From assembly GCF_009914755.1 (NCBI RefSeq), contig NC_060947.1: 64,000 bases of DNA. The stretch is one strand, 5' to 3'. The stretch's first letter is position 1, and every line of letters begins with the position of its first letter. The translations under genes were made by a program, and so were the position numbers. This document shows, piece after piece, positions 45,521 to 60,521 of the stretch. Below the pieces are notes generated by a model that searched no databases, was not told the origin of the DNA, and saw only the letters and a list, made by a program, of their open reading frames with translations. This DNA comes from the human T2T-CHM13v2.0 reference genome, Homo sapiens.

Positions 45521-47007
45521 TAATTATTTGCTAAAGTTCTGCTTTAAAAGTAAGCTATTTTTTTATGGAGACAGCTTTTTTCTTTTAAATTTCCAGCTAG
45601 GCAAGAAGAGCGTCAATTTGATCTAAAATTTCATAATGCTTCAGATTAACATAGACATGGATAAGTCCCAGAATTTGCAGTCTTTTAGTAAAAGTAGCAT
45701 TTTCTGTGTAATTCTTCACAAGCACTGATTGTAGTTGCAGGATGCTCAGTCTCCCTCTGAGATGTTTTACATTTTTAAATGGTTAGACTTGCAGGAACAA
45801 AAGAGCAGAGTAACTTAGTAGGCTGTTTTGCATTCTTAGGAAAAGAAAACCATCAGGACTTATTTTGTTTTCATGTATTTTTTCACTTCCACTGAGGAGT
45901 ATAATTGGCTGGTGTTGACAAAATACCAATCATAGATGTAAAGGAGAAAGTTGATTAGTTTTCTGGCTGTTCCTAAAATTCTGGATGCAGGAACTGTGGC
46001 TAGAAAGCATCTGGATGATTGCACTTTATCAGGGATACTTGAGTGTCCTCTCTTAGGATCTGGACCTAGAATTAATGTCATGAGATTTTTCTAACAGGAT
46101 AAGGTGAGGTAGTGAGGGCTGAAGTCATCCACTGGGTTATCCAAATATTAGGTTTCACTGCTGACAAAAGAGGGGGCTTCTGGTCTGGTTGGTTATTTGT
46201 GTTTGGCCTGATGTGCTCTGTCAATCAAATGTATGGACATAGGCCTAGCTTCTAAAGGGGCAATAGTGACCTCAGTGGACTGATATTTACCGTACTATTT
46301 ACATGTGCTCTTAATTACAGCAGAAGCTGCCAGCTAACTGAATCTTGTTTTGAATCTAAAAAATCTACTCTTAAAGCAAGAAAATGGTATAAAATTAGTT
46401 GATAATGCAAGTGAATTCTGTACATTTAATTATTCTAAGACATTGGAAAATAAAATATCTTGTTACTTTGAGGATAAAAGATGATTTCTTTAAAAATGCA
46501 AATGTTTTCTACAAATACTAAAGTTAAAAGGGAGAGAGATGTAATTAGAACTCGTTAACTGACACATTGCAAATTAACTTCTTTTTATAAAGCACTGCAT
46601 CACAAACACTAAAATGAAGTGGGCAAATTAGCTCTGCAGAAAACTATTTTCTAGGCTGATGTTTATAATGACCAATCATTACTGAAGCAATGAGAAATGT
46701 GACAATTACAGAATATTGCTGCTATAGTATGTTGAAAAAATATGCATTTTGTAGTGAACATTTAGTAGAATAGCTCTGATTTCTACCTGGAGTTTCTGAT
46801 AACATGACATCTTAATTGCTGTCTTTTATAGATTTTTAAACTGCAAATACAAAATAGCAATCAGCCAATATAATAACTTATTATTCTCCATTTATGCCTG
46901 AAAGTCCTCCTCTTGTTGATGCCGTGGAAATGAATGTAGAGGCAGATATCATTAGCTGTATTCTCCTTCCGAATGACATTTATCATATCCTTGTTATTCC
47001 AAAATAG

Positions 47008-47193
<186 letters not shown>

Positions 47194-50100
47194 TAGATCG
47201 GGAAACTGACAATGCCAATGTTTAAAGATTGGTTATAGACACAGACACACAGACACACACACACATATATATGCATGCAGATATACACACATACATGGGT
47301 GTGTGTGTGGGGGTTAAAAAAAAAAAACACAAAGACACTCTCTGGGGAAAATACACCCTTAGGGGCACAGTCACACATATTTGTCAGCTTACATATGCAG
47401 CTACCACTAGGCAAAATGATGAAGTCCACCAAGCTTGGTTTTTGCATTGCTGTGTCTCCCCATCCAAACCTTGATGCTCTCGCACTGGGGACCCAGAGTC
47501 TGATCCCCATTTCCCAGGGAAGCAATAGCCGTCAACAGCTGCCGTGGCAGCAGGCCACAAGTGAAGGGACACCTGAAGACTGGTAACAGTCTCTGGTGCT
47601 TCTCTGATGATGGAATTTTAGGTGTCCTGACAGTGAGATCTTTCCCTTTTACTGGGGAGAGAGGTGCAGGGAATAAGTAATAGACATTCTCAGTGTCGCT
47701 CAAACCAGACTCCATATAATATCACTTGCTCATGAAGCCCGCCCACTCTATGGCCGGTCATGACCAGAGGCACAGAGGGTTCAAAGCCTTTTAGCCCACC
47801 AGGCTGGTAGCTAGCATGAAGTCACTGCAGTGACTGTGGCTTATAACAGATACCTAAAACAAGAATTTTTAGAACCTTTACATTAATTCCATCATCACAG
47901 ACATAGGGTCTAGGGGCTCTTTCTCCTGAGGCAGAACATCAAGAGTTCTTTCTGCCTATGTCCCTTTCAGAACACTGAGTCAAATACCCTTGGGCCTCGG
48001 CTCACTTAGGGGTCATTTCTAGGAGGCAGCACTCCACATTGAGGACAGTTCTGGGCCAGGTGGGTGGGTATCTGGGTAAACCAACAGGAATTAGTTCTCA
48101 CATATAGATGATGTGTAATTTAATGCAGGCGTAAAAGGGTTAAGATCTTATTTCTGATCTTATTTCTGCCCTCCTGTACTGTCACCGAGGTGCCATTTAA
48201 TTCATTAGTGAAGACTCTAACAGCTTATTCCTGAGTCACCTACGGAGAACAGAATGTGGCTCAAATCCGCTGCTTGCTTTCAGGTTCTTTACACTAATCT
48301 AGGCTTTAGATGAAACTCCTAAACCCTTTCTTTGCAAGACTGGCCAGCTAGGAAAATGATTTGAGTTTCTTCGGTTCTTCGAGGATTTGGGCCAGTATTA
48401 CAGAGTATTGGAAGATGTTACCAGTTTAAATGTGAATAAAGGCACTTTCAAAACAATGGCTAATAATCCAAATAACAGACTGAATGTGCTTGGCTATGTG
48501 ACTTTGGGTAAATAACTTCACCTTTCTGGGCCTCAGTTTTGTCATCTATAACATGAGAAGACAGATTATCTGTAAGGGCACTATCAGCTCTGACATTCTA
48601 CAATTATGTGATAAGCCTTCAGTTCCCTCCAATGGCAGTGAGAGTGGCTTGTCAGTCCCCCTCGTTTCTTACGGAGACTTTTACGGTTGAATTGTCAATT
48701 CCTCACGTCATTATTTCAGGTTGGCTATGTATGTAAAGCTCCCAAAATCAGCTACCGAGGATAGGAGTAAAGAAAACAGTCAGTTTGGCCTCCCTGCTTA
48801 TGCTTGTATGAAAAAAGTGACAGCTCCAAAGTTTCATATTCTTAAAAGGCAGATCTTCTCAGGCATGTCAGCCAGGGCCCCAGGGATCTCCTCCTTACAT
48901 GCAACTAAGGAGGCTCCTTGTCTCTACTGCAGCAGGTGTGGAACCCTAGTCAACACCACCTATACCTAGGATTACGTACAATGAGTAGATACAAAGTCCT
49001 CCAGCTACCCAATCCTCCCCCAATGACGGATCCCCTTTCCAATACGCTTTCCCCCAAATTTCTCACCCTAAAACAAAATTCGAGACTTTGAAAAAACTCA
49101 ATAGGACAATTATAGAATAGCTCCAGATTAGATTCATATTTTCTTAGCTAATGTTAGTAGGCTTTCTTTCCGGGCCACAGTCTGGCTGCACCTAAGCAAC
49201 CTCAAGTTTGAATTTGGAGTCTTTGAATCAGGTCTTGATGGGGTCTTAGAAGTCATCAGATCCAATTCTCAATCCACAACTTCAGTCTTCTCTCCACCTC
49301 CTGACTAAGTGGTCATCCAATCTCTGTTTGAACATCTCTAGTGACAAGGAACTCATTATCTCTGGAGGCAGGTAGCACTAATCTGTCATTTTGGGGGAAA
49401 GATGGTATTCAGGGCTCAAGTGAGGGTAAGCAGAGGTATTATTTTGAATAGTATAATTTCATATTAAAACTTACAACCCACCACACCTCTGCTAGATGTT
49501 CAGTTCCATGATTATTTGCCCACCAATGCCTGCGATGCCTTTGAGAGAGCCAAAGCATTTCTATTTCAAGTTAAAGGGCAACCTGTCCATACCTGCCACA
49601 TGGAACTCCCACTAAGAGAGAAATAACCCATTCTGGATTTTCTGAAAGTCCACTTTAAAAAGTATTTCAGTTGAGGTGGGGAGTGAAGCAAGAAAAAAAA
49701 AAGGCTCTGGGGAGTGTGGTTGGGCGAAAGTTCACGGAAAGGCTAGGCTGGGCTCATGAAACACGAGCTTTGCTGACTTCATGTTTTCATCTTGGCCAGG
49801 CCTCAACACCAATGCAACAACTTAGCCTAAAAGTATCTCAACCTTGATCACCACACTCTACTTTTTGAAAAGACACTAAATAGTCATTTGTTTACTTGTG
49901 ATCTCACAAACATTTTCCTGTCACCACATCTTCATAGTGCCGCGCTTCAGCTCAAATGGAAAGTTGAAGCTCTGGGGCCCATGTGAGTGTTCTGAGGCTC
50001 AGGTTCCCCTGGAGGCTCTATGAACTACGCCCTTAAATCTGGCAACTGAGCTGGGCCTACAGCCAGCACTCAACAGTGACAGCACAAATTCCTTCTGGAG

Positions 50101-51114
50101 GAGGAAATAAAAGGAAGGGTCCTATAGACAACTGATTCCAGGAGTGGGAAGGAGCACAGGACTTTGATTATCATAAGATGTGAAAATACTACTGTCTTCT
50201 TCCCTTGTGTGCAGAGGATAGACAGATGGAATTAGCTAAGCCCAGCCTATGAATGCCATCTCACAGTTTCCACTCTTGGTTTAAACCTCAGCTTCTTTGG
50301 GTGACCTCATAATGACCAGTTAAGCCCTCCAGGCCTTTTGTTCAGTCTCTTTAAAATGGCAGCAACAGCCTTTATCATCTTCCAACCTGTGTTGATGGAA
50401 GTTCCTGTTAGCTTCTTTAAATACCTCTAGACTTCCTTCAGTTTATAAGTGAAAAGAAACCTTTTAAGAAGTGTCGCACTTGCCTTTGAACATCAACACC
50501 ATTGGGAGATGGCCTGTGTTTCCGAAATGCTGATTATTCTAAGTAAATACAGTGCAACTATCAATAAGAGAATCTCTTCAGCCCATTGAAAGGGATAGCA
50601 AAATTAAAAATGTCTGAGGGTCTTTTCATAGTCTGGCATTTCTCCCCAAGGTCAAACTTACTATTATCTTTTCCTACAGGATTTCAGACCAAATTTATTC
50701 TAATAGATACACACCATGCTTTATGTTTAATAATATTCCATATACCAGTTCCCAGGGTAGAATCATCTCCCCATTCGGCATTATTTGTCAATATCTGTCA
50801 AAGCCAAGGAGGTTGAGGTCATAGGAAGGGTCAGGATCACAGCCTCTGGTCTGGAGAGAGCACTGGAATGGAGATAATAAGGCCTGGATTTTACTTCCAG
50901 ATTCTCCCCTGGGCTTTCTGGGTTGTTGGCTCATCTGTCAGATCCATGGACTCCCAATTGGCATGATGGAATTAATGACAGGATCTGAGTCTATATGATA
51001 ATCCTCACCAGAAACAGACAACAGAGTAATGACAGATGCAAAACGAATGATAATTTTAAAACCCCACAGCAGAGCCCCTGTCAAAATGACCTCTTGCAAT
51101 GCTTCTTATTTTAG

Positions 51115-51172
51115 GATATAATGTTAAACAAAGAGGAGACGAAGAAAGAAAACAGCTTTGAAATGCAAAAAG
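51115..51172 (+). CDS. CD40LG: CD40LG coding exon 3 (stalk, includes the Met113 start of soluble CD40L)
   Basis: Acceptor ttattttag|GAT; translates DIMLNKEETKKENSFEMQK plus the first base of Gly; donor G|gtaggt; 58 nt. Confidence 0.99.
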
Positions 51173-53097
51173 GTAGGTTTGCTATTTGCTAATTTCTATG
51201 AATGCCTAAAAACTAAAAGGAAGCTTTAGGCTGATCATATTGAACAACCCAGTGTTGTTGCATCAGGGAACTTTTAGCCCTGGAAATAAAACAGGAACAC
51301 AATTGTCAAATTGACACCTTCTCTGGTCCCTGTGATTTGGAAAGACTTTGTACATATATATTTATGAAAAAAGGATGTGTTCCTTTAATGCCGATGATAC
51401 CAAATCTGAAGAAATCCCATTATGTTCAATACCTTAATAGAAGCAACCATACAGCCTGATACCACCTACAGTGGAATAAGAAGACAGGAAAGTCATCATT
51501 TGGTAACAGTGGCATTCATCACTCATTGATAACAGTTTTTCATGGGGCACAGTGGCCGGTGGAGCCTCTGGGATCAAGGAGTGACAATGTCACAGTGTTC
51601 TATTATTTGCCCGGTTCTTAAAGTGAGAGCATCCTGAACATCTCAGGGTTGGAAGAGAACTTGAGAGTTCTCAAATCCAGCACCATCCCCACAACAAAAA
51701 TCTCCTTCACAATAACACTGACCGTCCAGCCTCTGATCAAACATGTCGAGGGATGAGGCACCTTCCACCTCATAAGGCAGCCTGATCCGTCTTTGAATGG
51801 CTCTAATAATACCAAGATTACTATACTACTCCAGAGAAGTCTTTCCTCCTCAAGTCAAACTTTGTTCCTATAATCTCCACTCATTGGTCCCAGTTCTGCT
51901 CTTTGAGGCCCTAGTAAACAAAGTATAATTGCTCTCCTACCCAGCAGCTGTCCAGATATGGAAGACAGCAATCATGGTGGCCAAGCCTTGACTGAGCTTT
52001 TTCTTCTCCAGGCTAAAGATCCCTGATGTCTTCCACTGTTTCTCCTATGACCCTTTCCAGGACCTTTCTTCTGCCACTCACCTCCTTTTCTTGGACACAC
52101 TAACGTTTTCCTGTTCTTTTAGAATGTGGCATCGCAAACCAATACAATAATGCGTGAAGTGACTTCAGCAGCAGATTATGGGAAAGACGGGGTGTTGTTA
52201 GAGAGAATTTTATATCACAAAGTTGGTGAACATGATGTTATGGCTTCTGCAAATTTAATACACACAAAAACATACATACATACAGGGATAGAGATACTAT
52301 TTTCTGAGGCAAAGAGAGTACTCAGACCTTGCCTTAACTGTTGTTCTGGATACTAAATGGTCATCCGACTTCCATGAAGGTTTTATCTTCAGAATGACTG
52401 CAAGATATGTTGAGTAATAGTACCACGCTGTCTGTTAATTACAGAGAAATCTGAGGAAACAGTTTATGTAGATGCTGCCTAGAAGTCTTCAGGGAAATGA
52501 TAATATTAACCAAACTGGTCATTTAGGTCATGCAATTTAACTCAACATTTATAGGGCACTTACAAAGTGCCCAATATCAGGCTCATAACTGGACAAAAAG
52601 AAACTTCCACACAGTCTCTGCCCTTAGAAGATTGACACATCTCATTAGGGAGCAGGGCTTTAACACAAGAAATAATTAAAGACAGATACAATAGTTCAGC
52701 CAGTTGCTTGACCAATTCAGAAACCATAAGAATCTTACTAAGTGTGCAGACTTTGGAGCCCACTAAAATCCCCAGTGTATGGAGTTGTTCCTAAAAGCAA
52801 GATTCACGGTATGTTTAATGAAGACCAGTGTTTTTAGCCTGTGTCAATCTATGCAAAATGGAATCGAGTATTGATCAACTGTTAGGAGAATGAGACCGAT
52901 GGAAACAGCCAATTCAATTACTCAGATATTAGAAACCAACTTTTCCTTCAGTGGGAGAGATGTCAGACCATTTTATCTTTCCTTTTATATAATCTATTTT
53001 TGCACAGTCTCTATTACACAGTTGTAGAACTGGACCAGATAGTTTTGTGGGCAGTTTTTGCATTATTTTAGCCTGACAGTTTTTGGTTCCATTTCAG

Positions 53098-53160
53098 GTG
53101 ATCAGAATCCTCAAATTGCGGCACATGTCATAAGTGAGGCCAGCAGTAAAACAACATCTG
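53098..53160 (+). CDS. CD40LG: CD40LG coding exon 4 (start of TNF homology domain)
   Basis: Acceptor atttcag|GT; translates (G)DQNPQIAAHVISEASSKTTS(V); donor G|gtaagt; 63 nt. Confidence 0.99.
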
Positions 53161-55731
53161 GTAAGTCACACAGCATCTGAGCGGTAGCCACCCAAGGGGA
53201 AAGGCTGGGATGCCGAAGTCATGTTACCTAATGGTTAAACTCCTCTTTTCCCCTGGGACCCAATTTACAAACCTACCCCTACACTTCTCCTATTCCCTTC
53301 TTTGTCTTCAAAGTGAGTTCAAATGCACAGATGGGACTTAGAGGGACAAAAGGAGGTGGAATGCAATCTGGATGTTCTCATTATGTTCTTGCTCAATGGC
53401 TGATTCTAAATGATGAATTACTGGGTGGAGGGACCATTGTTCTGACAACATAGAAGAAATGGCATGTAGTGACCTCCTGACTGGGAGCATCCCTCCTCCT
53501 AACCCATCTTCACTGTGTGGAAATGGGCCTCATGGGGTATTTCCTGCCATCTGTCAATCCCTGTATGATTAAGCTCAGCCTCACTGAGGCCAACCTCAGG
53601 GAAAGTAAAGGTAAAATCATTCTGTAAAGATCAATAGGTCCCAAGACGTTACATTTTCCAATGAAGTAACAACAGACGACATATTGTGATCTTTTCAACT
53701 CTGAACGATTTTATTTCCATATACGTTCTGCCACCATTCTAGCCTTTAGATATTTTTTCCCAAATGTGCATCTTGCGATAACTGGTGCCAAAGAATATGT
53801 CGTATCTGATAAATGGATGGAAACATGCACGCTAACATAAAGTCTCCCATCAACATAAAGGCAAGAGCGTCAGAGGAGTCTTTGAAAAATTCTACAGAGT
53901 GCTCCGGAATGGAGTTCTAAGCAGTGCATGTGTGTGTGCATATGTGTATGTGTGTGACAGGGAGAGAAAGAGAGATGGACAGAGAGAGAAAAAAGACACT
54001 GCTTCATCTCTGAAGTGGCTTGGGCTTCTCAGTAGGCGTAACACATGGACAGTTATCATTATCATGGATCATGGTACCAAAGTAAGAGCACTGAATAGGG
54101 AGTTTTTGAACACTGGGATTCAAGGACCATGACCACTGCTTGCTGGGTGACCTTGAGCAAGACCCTTTACCTATGCAGCAGTTTTCTACTTCACCTACTT
54201 TACAGGGTGGCTTTGAGCATCAAATCAGCTAATGTGGCCGAAAGTGATGCTGTCGAGTGCTGTACAACCGTAAGGTGACACTACTTAGTTTACTTCACCA
54301 TGGCTTAGATGTCAAAAGGGTGACATAAAGCCCCTCACTAATACCAGTTAGTTACACAATATTTAATAATTTTGTCAAGTACCCCTTCTCTCTTCTGGAT
54401 CAGATGACAACAACAGAGAAATCTCCTAGAAGAATAGCTTCCCACTGGTCTTTTTTTGCCTGTATCTAAACCCTTGATCTTGGATATATTTCATAGAGCT
54501 CAGATTCTCCCAAAAGGCTTGTAATGGATATCAGTCCTACAATATCTTACAGTCTGCATCACAATAGGTTTCCAGGGGATCAGATGGGAAGACAGTAACA
54601 TTCCACCCCCACCCCAGTCCCAAACCTCTTCTTCCTACCTAGCCATGCTGCTAAAATCTTGCCCTACATCCCACAGCAAGTACTAAAATTAGGTAAGGAC
54701 GTACCAAAGTAAACTTACTGAACTAAAAGATTGAGAACCTGCCCTTTTTTTCTCAATAAAATGGTTCAAAAGGGCAAACATTCTAATGAAGCATTGTTTC
54801 TGGAGTGGTCTGGAGGGCCCGGATCTGTCAGGCATTTCAGGATGCCTCCCTATTAGTAAAGGGCGAGTCTTACCAGGTGGGATCTTGTGCCCTGATAGAC
54901 CTAAGACTATCGAATAGGAATTATTTTTTAAAAAGCTCAAGGAAGCAAACACATCAGTACTTTCACTTTTCCTCAACCCTCACCCCCATCAGTCAGTCTA
55001 GCTTTCTGTGGGAGCTGAGATTTCAAGTCGGGTGCACACACTACTTTGAACCCACTCAACATCTCAGCCGAGAAAATGGCACACTGTTGGTGGGTACTCT
55101 GGCTTAGCCACAAGAATACTGGTACTTTCAAGTTGGTGGCGCCCACTACAATGGGAGATCAAAACATACCGTGAAATGAGCACACAGTTTATTTTCATAC
55201 TTCCTTGCCTAATTTTAGTCCTTGCTGGGGGAGGCAGATCAGGTTTGCAACAGCATGATCAGGTAGGAAGAAATGGGGTCTTTTCTCTGTGCTGAGGCTG
55301 AGCTAGGTAGACTGACAACTCTCTGACTTTGTAAAATTCAAGGCAAGCAAGGTATTCATGGTAATATTAGCAAAAATTTGGTCCGAGTAATTTGGTATGT
55401 ATAATTTATGATGTCAAATTTTGAAATCATTTGTGCCTTCTTAAGTTCAAGGCAAATTGGCTATAAGAACTCTAACGAGAGAAAGAAACTCACTGTGATC
55501 TCTTACTTTATTTAATCTTCACAAGTCTCTGAAATATGCTCCAATATGAGCCCCGTGTTGCAGATGAGGAACTGAAGCTCATGGAGATTTAGAGACTTGC
55601 CCAAGCTTAAATAGAGCCTAGATTGGAACATGGCTCTGTCTGACTCTGAAGCCCATGGAAGGGGCCTTGAGAATCCATCCCTATACAAAGCCAATATCCA
55701 ACATTAAACTATATTTTTTGTCAGAATGTGA

Positions 55732-56157
<426 letters not shown>

Positions 56158-56845
56158 ACAGTGTCACCTTGCAGGCTGTGGTGGAGCTGACGCTGGGAGT
56201 CTTCATAATACAGCACAGCGGTTAAGCCCACCCCCTGTTAACTGCCTATTTATAACCCTAGGATCCTCCTTATGGAGAACTATTTATTATACACTCCAAG
56301 GCATGTAGAACTGTAATAAGTGAATTACAGGTCACATGAAACCAAAACGGGCCCTGCTCCATAAGAGCTTATATATCTGAAGCAGCAACCCCACTGATGC
56401 AGACATCCAGAGAGTCCTATGAAAAGACAAGGCCATTATGCACAGGTTGAATTCTGAGTAAACAGCAGATAACTTGCCAAGTTCAGTTTTGTTTCTTTGC
56501 GTGCAGTGTCTTTCCATGGATAATGCATTTGATTTATCAGTGAAGATGCAGAAGGGAAATGGGGAGCCTCAGCTCACATTCAGTTATGGTTGACTCTGGG
56601 TTCCTATGGCCTTGTTGGAGGGGGCCAGGCTCTAGAACGTCTAACACAGTGGAGAACCGAAACCCCCCCCCCCCCCCCGCCACCCTCTCGGACAGTTATT
56701 CATTCTCTTTCAATCTCTCTCTCTCCATCTCTCTCTTTCAGTCTCTCTCTCTCAACCTCTTTCTTCCAATCTCTCTTTCTCAATCTCTCTGTTTCCCTTT
56801 GTCAGTCTCTTCCCTCCCCCAGTCTCTCTTCTCAATCCCCCTTTC

Positions 56846-56888
<43 letters not shown>

Positions 56889-57115
56889 CAGGCCGTTGCT
56901 AGTCAGTTCTCTTCTTTCCACCCTGTCCCTATCTCTACCACTATAGATGAGGGTGAGGAGTAGGGAGTGCAGCCCTGAGCCTGCCCACTCCTCATTACGA
57001 AATGACTGTATTTAAAGGAAATCTATTGTATCTACCTGCAGTCTCCATTGTTTCCAGAGTGAACTTGTAATTATCTTGTTATTTATTTTTTGAATAATAA
57101 AGACCTCTTAACATT
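56158..57115 (+). other. CD40LG: CD40LG 3'UTR with AUUUA pentamers, C16 tract, CU-rich element and CA repeat
   Basis: Runs from the stop codon to the AATAAA at 57096. ATTTA at 56248, 56282, 56532, 57010 and 57081; C16 at 56663-56678; CU-rich stretch 56701-56846; (CA)18 at 56849-56884. Confidence 0.92.
56849..56884 (+). repeat. (CA)18 microsatellite in CD40LG 3'UTR
   Basis: Counted directly; established polymorphic marker of the gene. Confidence 0.95.
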
Positions 57116-57132
57116 ATCGTTGTTGTTTGAGT
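57096..57132 (+). terminator. CD40LG: CD40LG polyadenylation signal and downstream GU-rich element
   Basis: AATAAA at 57096-57101 with a U-rich stretch upstream and TCGTTGTTGTTTGAGT downstream. Confidence 0.9.
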
Positions 57133-57176
57133 ACCTAAAGCTCCCAGCCAGGTTGGGGAAAGAGGAAGCATTTGGA

Positions 57177-57188
57177 GGGAATTTTCCC
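57177..57188 (+). promoter_or_regulatory. NF-kB/NFAT-type site, candidate core of the CD40LG 3' enhancer
   Basis: Near-palindromic GGGAATTTTCCC about 60 bp past the poly(A) site. A 3' T-cell enhancer with a kB site is described for this gene. Confidence 0.65.
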
Positions 57189-59383
57189 AACCTTTGTGAT
57201 GTTTTCATAAACTTTGTTCTCAAGCTACTTACATTATAAAATATCTTGGTGGCAGCACACTTTCTGGAAGTCTGTGACAGCCTTTGATCGATGATGTGCT
57301 AGCCTATTCAGTGAAAAGCAATCTAGGTCTTTATTTCCAGCTTCTTCTGAAAAAGTTGCAGGAGATTGAAAGAACTTTTTTTTATTAATCACAGCCAAGT
57401 GAGGCTGGAGAGGGTCCTTAAATAAGGAGCAGTGGCATAGCTTATTAATAGCTGTCTAGGTGGTTCCACTTAGGCAAGAGGAAATGGAGCTGAGAAAACC
57501 TGAGGGGAAGTATTGGCCCCCCAGTCTTCCACTGAAGTCAATGGAGCCATTTCTTGTCACCTCCAACAGAGGAATTTTTCATGTAAGAAACCCAGAGTGG
57601 TGTGTTCATCTTTACCGGGTAAGTCCTACATGCTCACTGTTGGTTATCTCCCTGGGCTCATGGTTTTAACTTAGCAGCATCTTCAAGCCACTAATGCCAT
57701 GCCTTTTGTTCTCAACTGTCTCCTAGAATTTGCCTGCATCTCCAAAGGGTGGGCCTAGTTCCTCAAACCCAGTACATTCCAACCGAACTCTTAACTTTTC
57801 CCCCCACACAATGGGATCTGTGTTCAATGTTTCCCAGTCCAATGAATGGTGTCTTTATCTACCCAGTTTTTCAAGTCAGAAACCTGGCTTGACTTCACTC
57901 TCATCACCCCCATGTTCAATCCCTCCAGCCTATGCTCATCAACCCTATCTCTTAAGTAGTCCTTAATCTACTTCTTTCTATCTCTACTATTTCTATCCTA
58001 GTCCCAACTGTCACCATCTCTCTTCTGGAATAGTACAACAGCCTCCTAGATTCCCTGCCTCCACTCTTGCTCCCTTCCATCAATTCTCCATGCACAGCCA
58101 GTCCCCTGCTTCTTATGAACCTTGGAATAAAGACCAAAATAATCAATTTCATCTCCTGCTGCCACCTCTCTCGGTCTCTTAAGTTCTAGCCCTCAGTTCC
58201 TCTAAGCAAGGTTACAAATGCTTTCCTACCTTAGGGCCCTGGAATGCTGTTTTCTCTTCTTGCAAGACCCATTTCTCTCCCTCACTGCACCCTGCACTTA
58301 GCAAGTGCTTCACAGCACTTATCATGGTTGAAGTTTTCCCTACTATGCTGTGAGCTTCTTGAGGACCAAGACCTTGTCCCATTCACCATGATAACTTCAG
58401 CGTCTACCACAGGACCTAGCATTGAATTGGCCCTTTATTTGGTGCATGAAGGAATAAATGAATGAATAAATACAGCTGCTTATAACTCAATAGCCCAGAA
58501 AATAATTCTGTGTGTTGGCTGAGGCAAAAATTTGCTACACTGAAAGGATCCTCATTAGGTCAAAAATATCTGGATGATAAAAATGCACTCATGGAGTAAA
58601 AAATGACTGAGAATTATGCTGTAGCTAAAAACAGATAATATGTTTTTATTATACATTTCATGATAATTTGCAAAATAATATATGTTTGTTCCAAACTTCA
58701 ATTGAACATTTTCAGCATTTTCCTATAAATGAAAAAGACTCGAGTACATTTCTGATGTACCTGTAATAGTCTGATCATAAATTATCTAACTTAGTTCCAT
58801 TTTTATAATCATGTCACTTCTGCCTTCTATCTAAGGGGGAGGGTGGGAATGTTTGAAATACCAAATAATTATTTCTAGATAAAGAGAAAATAAACAAGGA
58901 TAAAATATTACTGCCTCTGTTATTTGATGGTTAGCAAATGACCACAAAACGCAAACAGTGTGCTCTAGCAAGCTGTCAGAACAGGGGTGCCCCCACTTAA
59001 ACGGAAATGACATGTAAACTTTTGGGCTTCAGGAGAGAATACATTCTGTGCTACATTCAACTATTTTCACAGGGCCCAATGCCACTGTGTTGGGAACTGC
59101 ACTGCTTTAGACTTTTAAAGTAGTCTGAAGTACTTTGAGACACAGAAACATGGAACTAAGTATGATTTTTATGTTATTTTTCTCTGTGAATCACATCCCC
59201 ACTAAAACAAAACAAAACCAGAAATGCTCATTGTAGTGTAGTAGTTAAATCTCGAGTCAGACAGATACAGTCTTAATCTAGGCTCCACTATTAACCAGCT
59301 TTATAAGTACAGGCAAGTCATTTCACCTCCTCTAGTCCTCTGTGTCTTCATCTGTAAAGTGGGAATAAAAAGAAGACATGCTG

Positions 59384-59683
59384 GGCCAGGCATGGTGGCT
59401 CACGCCTGTAATCCCAGCAGTTTGGGAGGCTGAGGCAGGTGGATCACTTGAGGTCAGGAGTTCGAGACTAGCCTGGCCAACACAGCAAAACGCTGTCTCT
59501 ACTAAAAACACAAAAATTAGCCCAGCATGGTGGTGTGTGCCTGTAATCTCAGCTACGTGGGAGGCTAAGGCAGCAGAATCACTTGTACCCAGGAGGGGGA
59601 GGTTGCAGTAAGCCAAGATGGTGCCTGTGCACTCCAGCCTGGGCGACAGAAGCAAGACTGCATCTCAAAAAAAAAAAAAAAAA
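59384..59683 (+). mobile_element. Alu
   Basis: Dimeric Alu with poly-A tail, inserted in a MIR. Confidence 0.93.
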
Positions 59684-60028
59684 GTTTATAAAGATTCAGT
59701 GAGATTGTCCACAGAAAGTCCCCAGCAGAATCTGCTCTCTGGAGAAGATCATCATGTAAGAAGCACTAAGGTGGGTCTCTACATGGTCCCCAGCACACCT
59801 GTCTGCATTCAGTGGTGCAAGTGGACAGGGTGCCATCTTAAATGGTTGAAACTTCTGAGACCAAGGAGAATGCCTGGCAACCCAGGTACACATGAGAGCC
59901 TATGCTCATGTACTAGACCAAAGACCACACCCAATGTGAAGCAAAGTGAAACCAAAAAAAAGAAAGAAAGAAAAAGCAAACATTACAGTAGACCTGTGGA
60001 TAGCAAAGACCCTTTTTTTATGGTATAG

Positions 60029-60521
<493 letters not shown>

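Noticed and set aside
56559-56963. Ser/Leu/HT-repeat ORFs in the 3'UTR
   Set aside because: Artefacts of the stop-poor CU and CA repeats.
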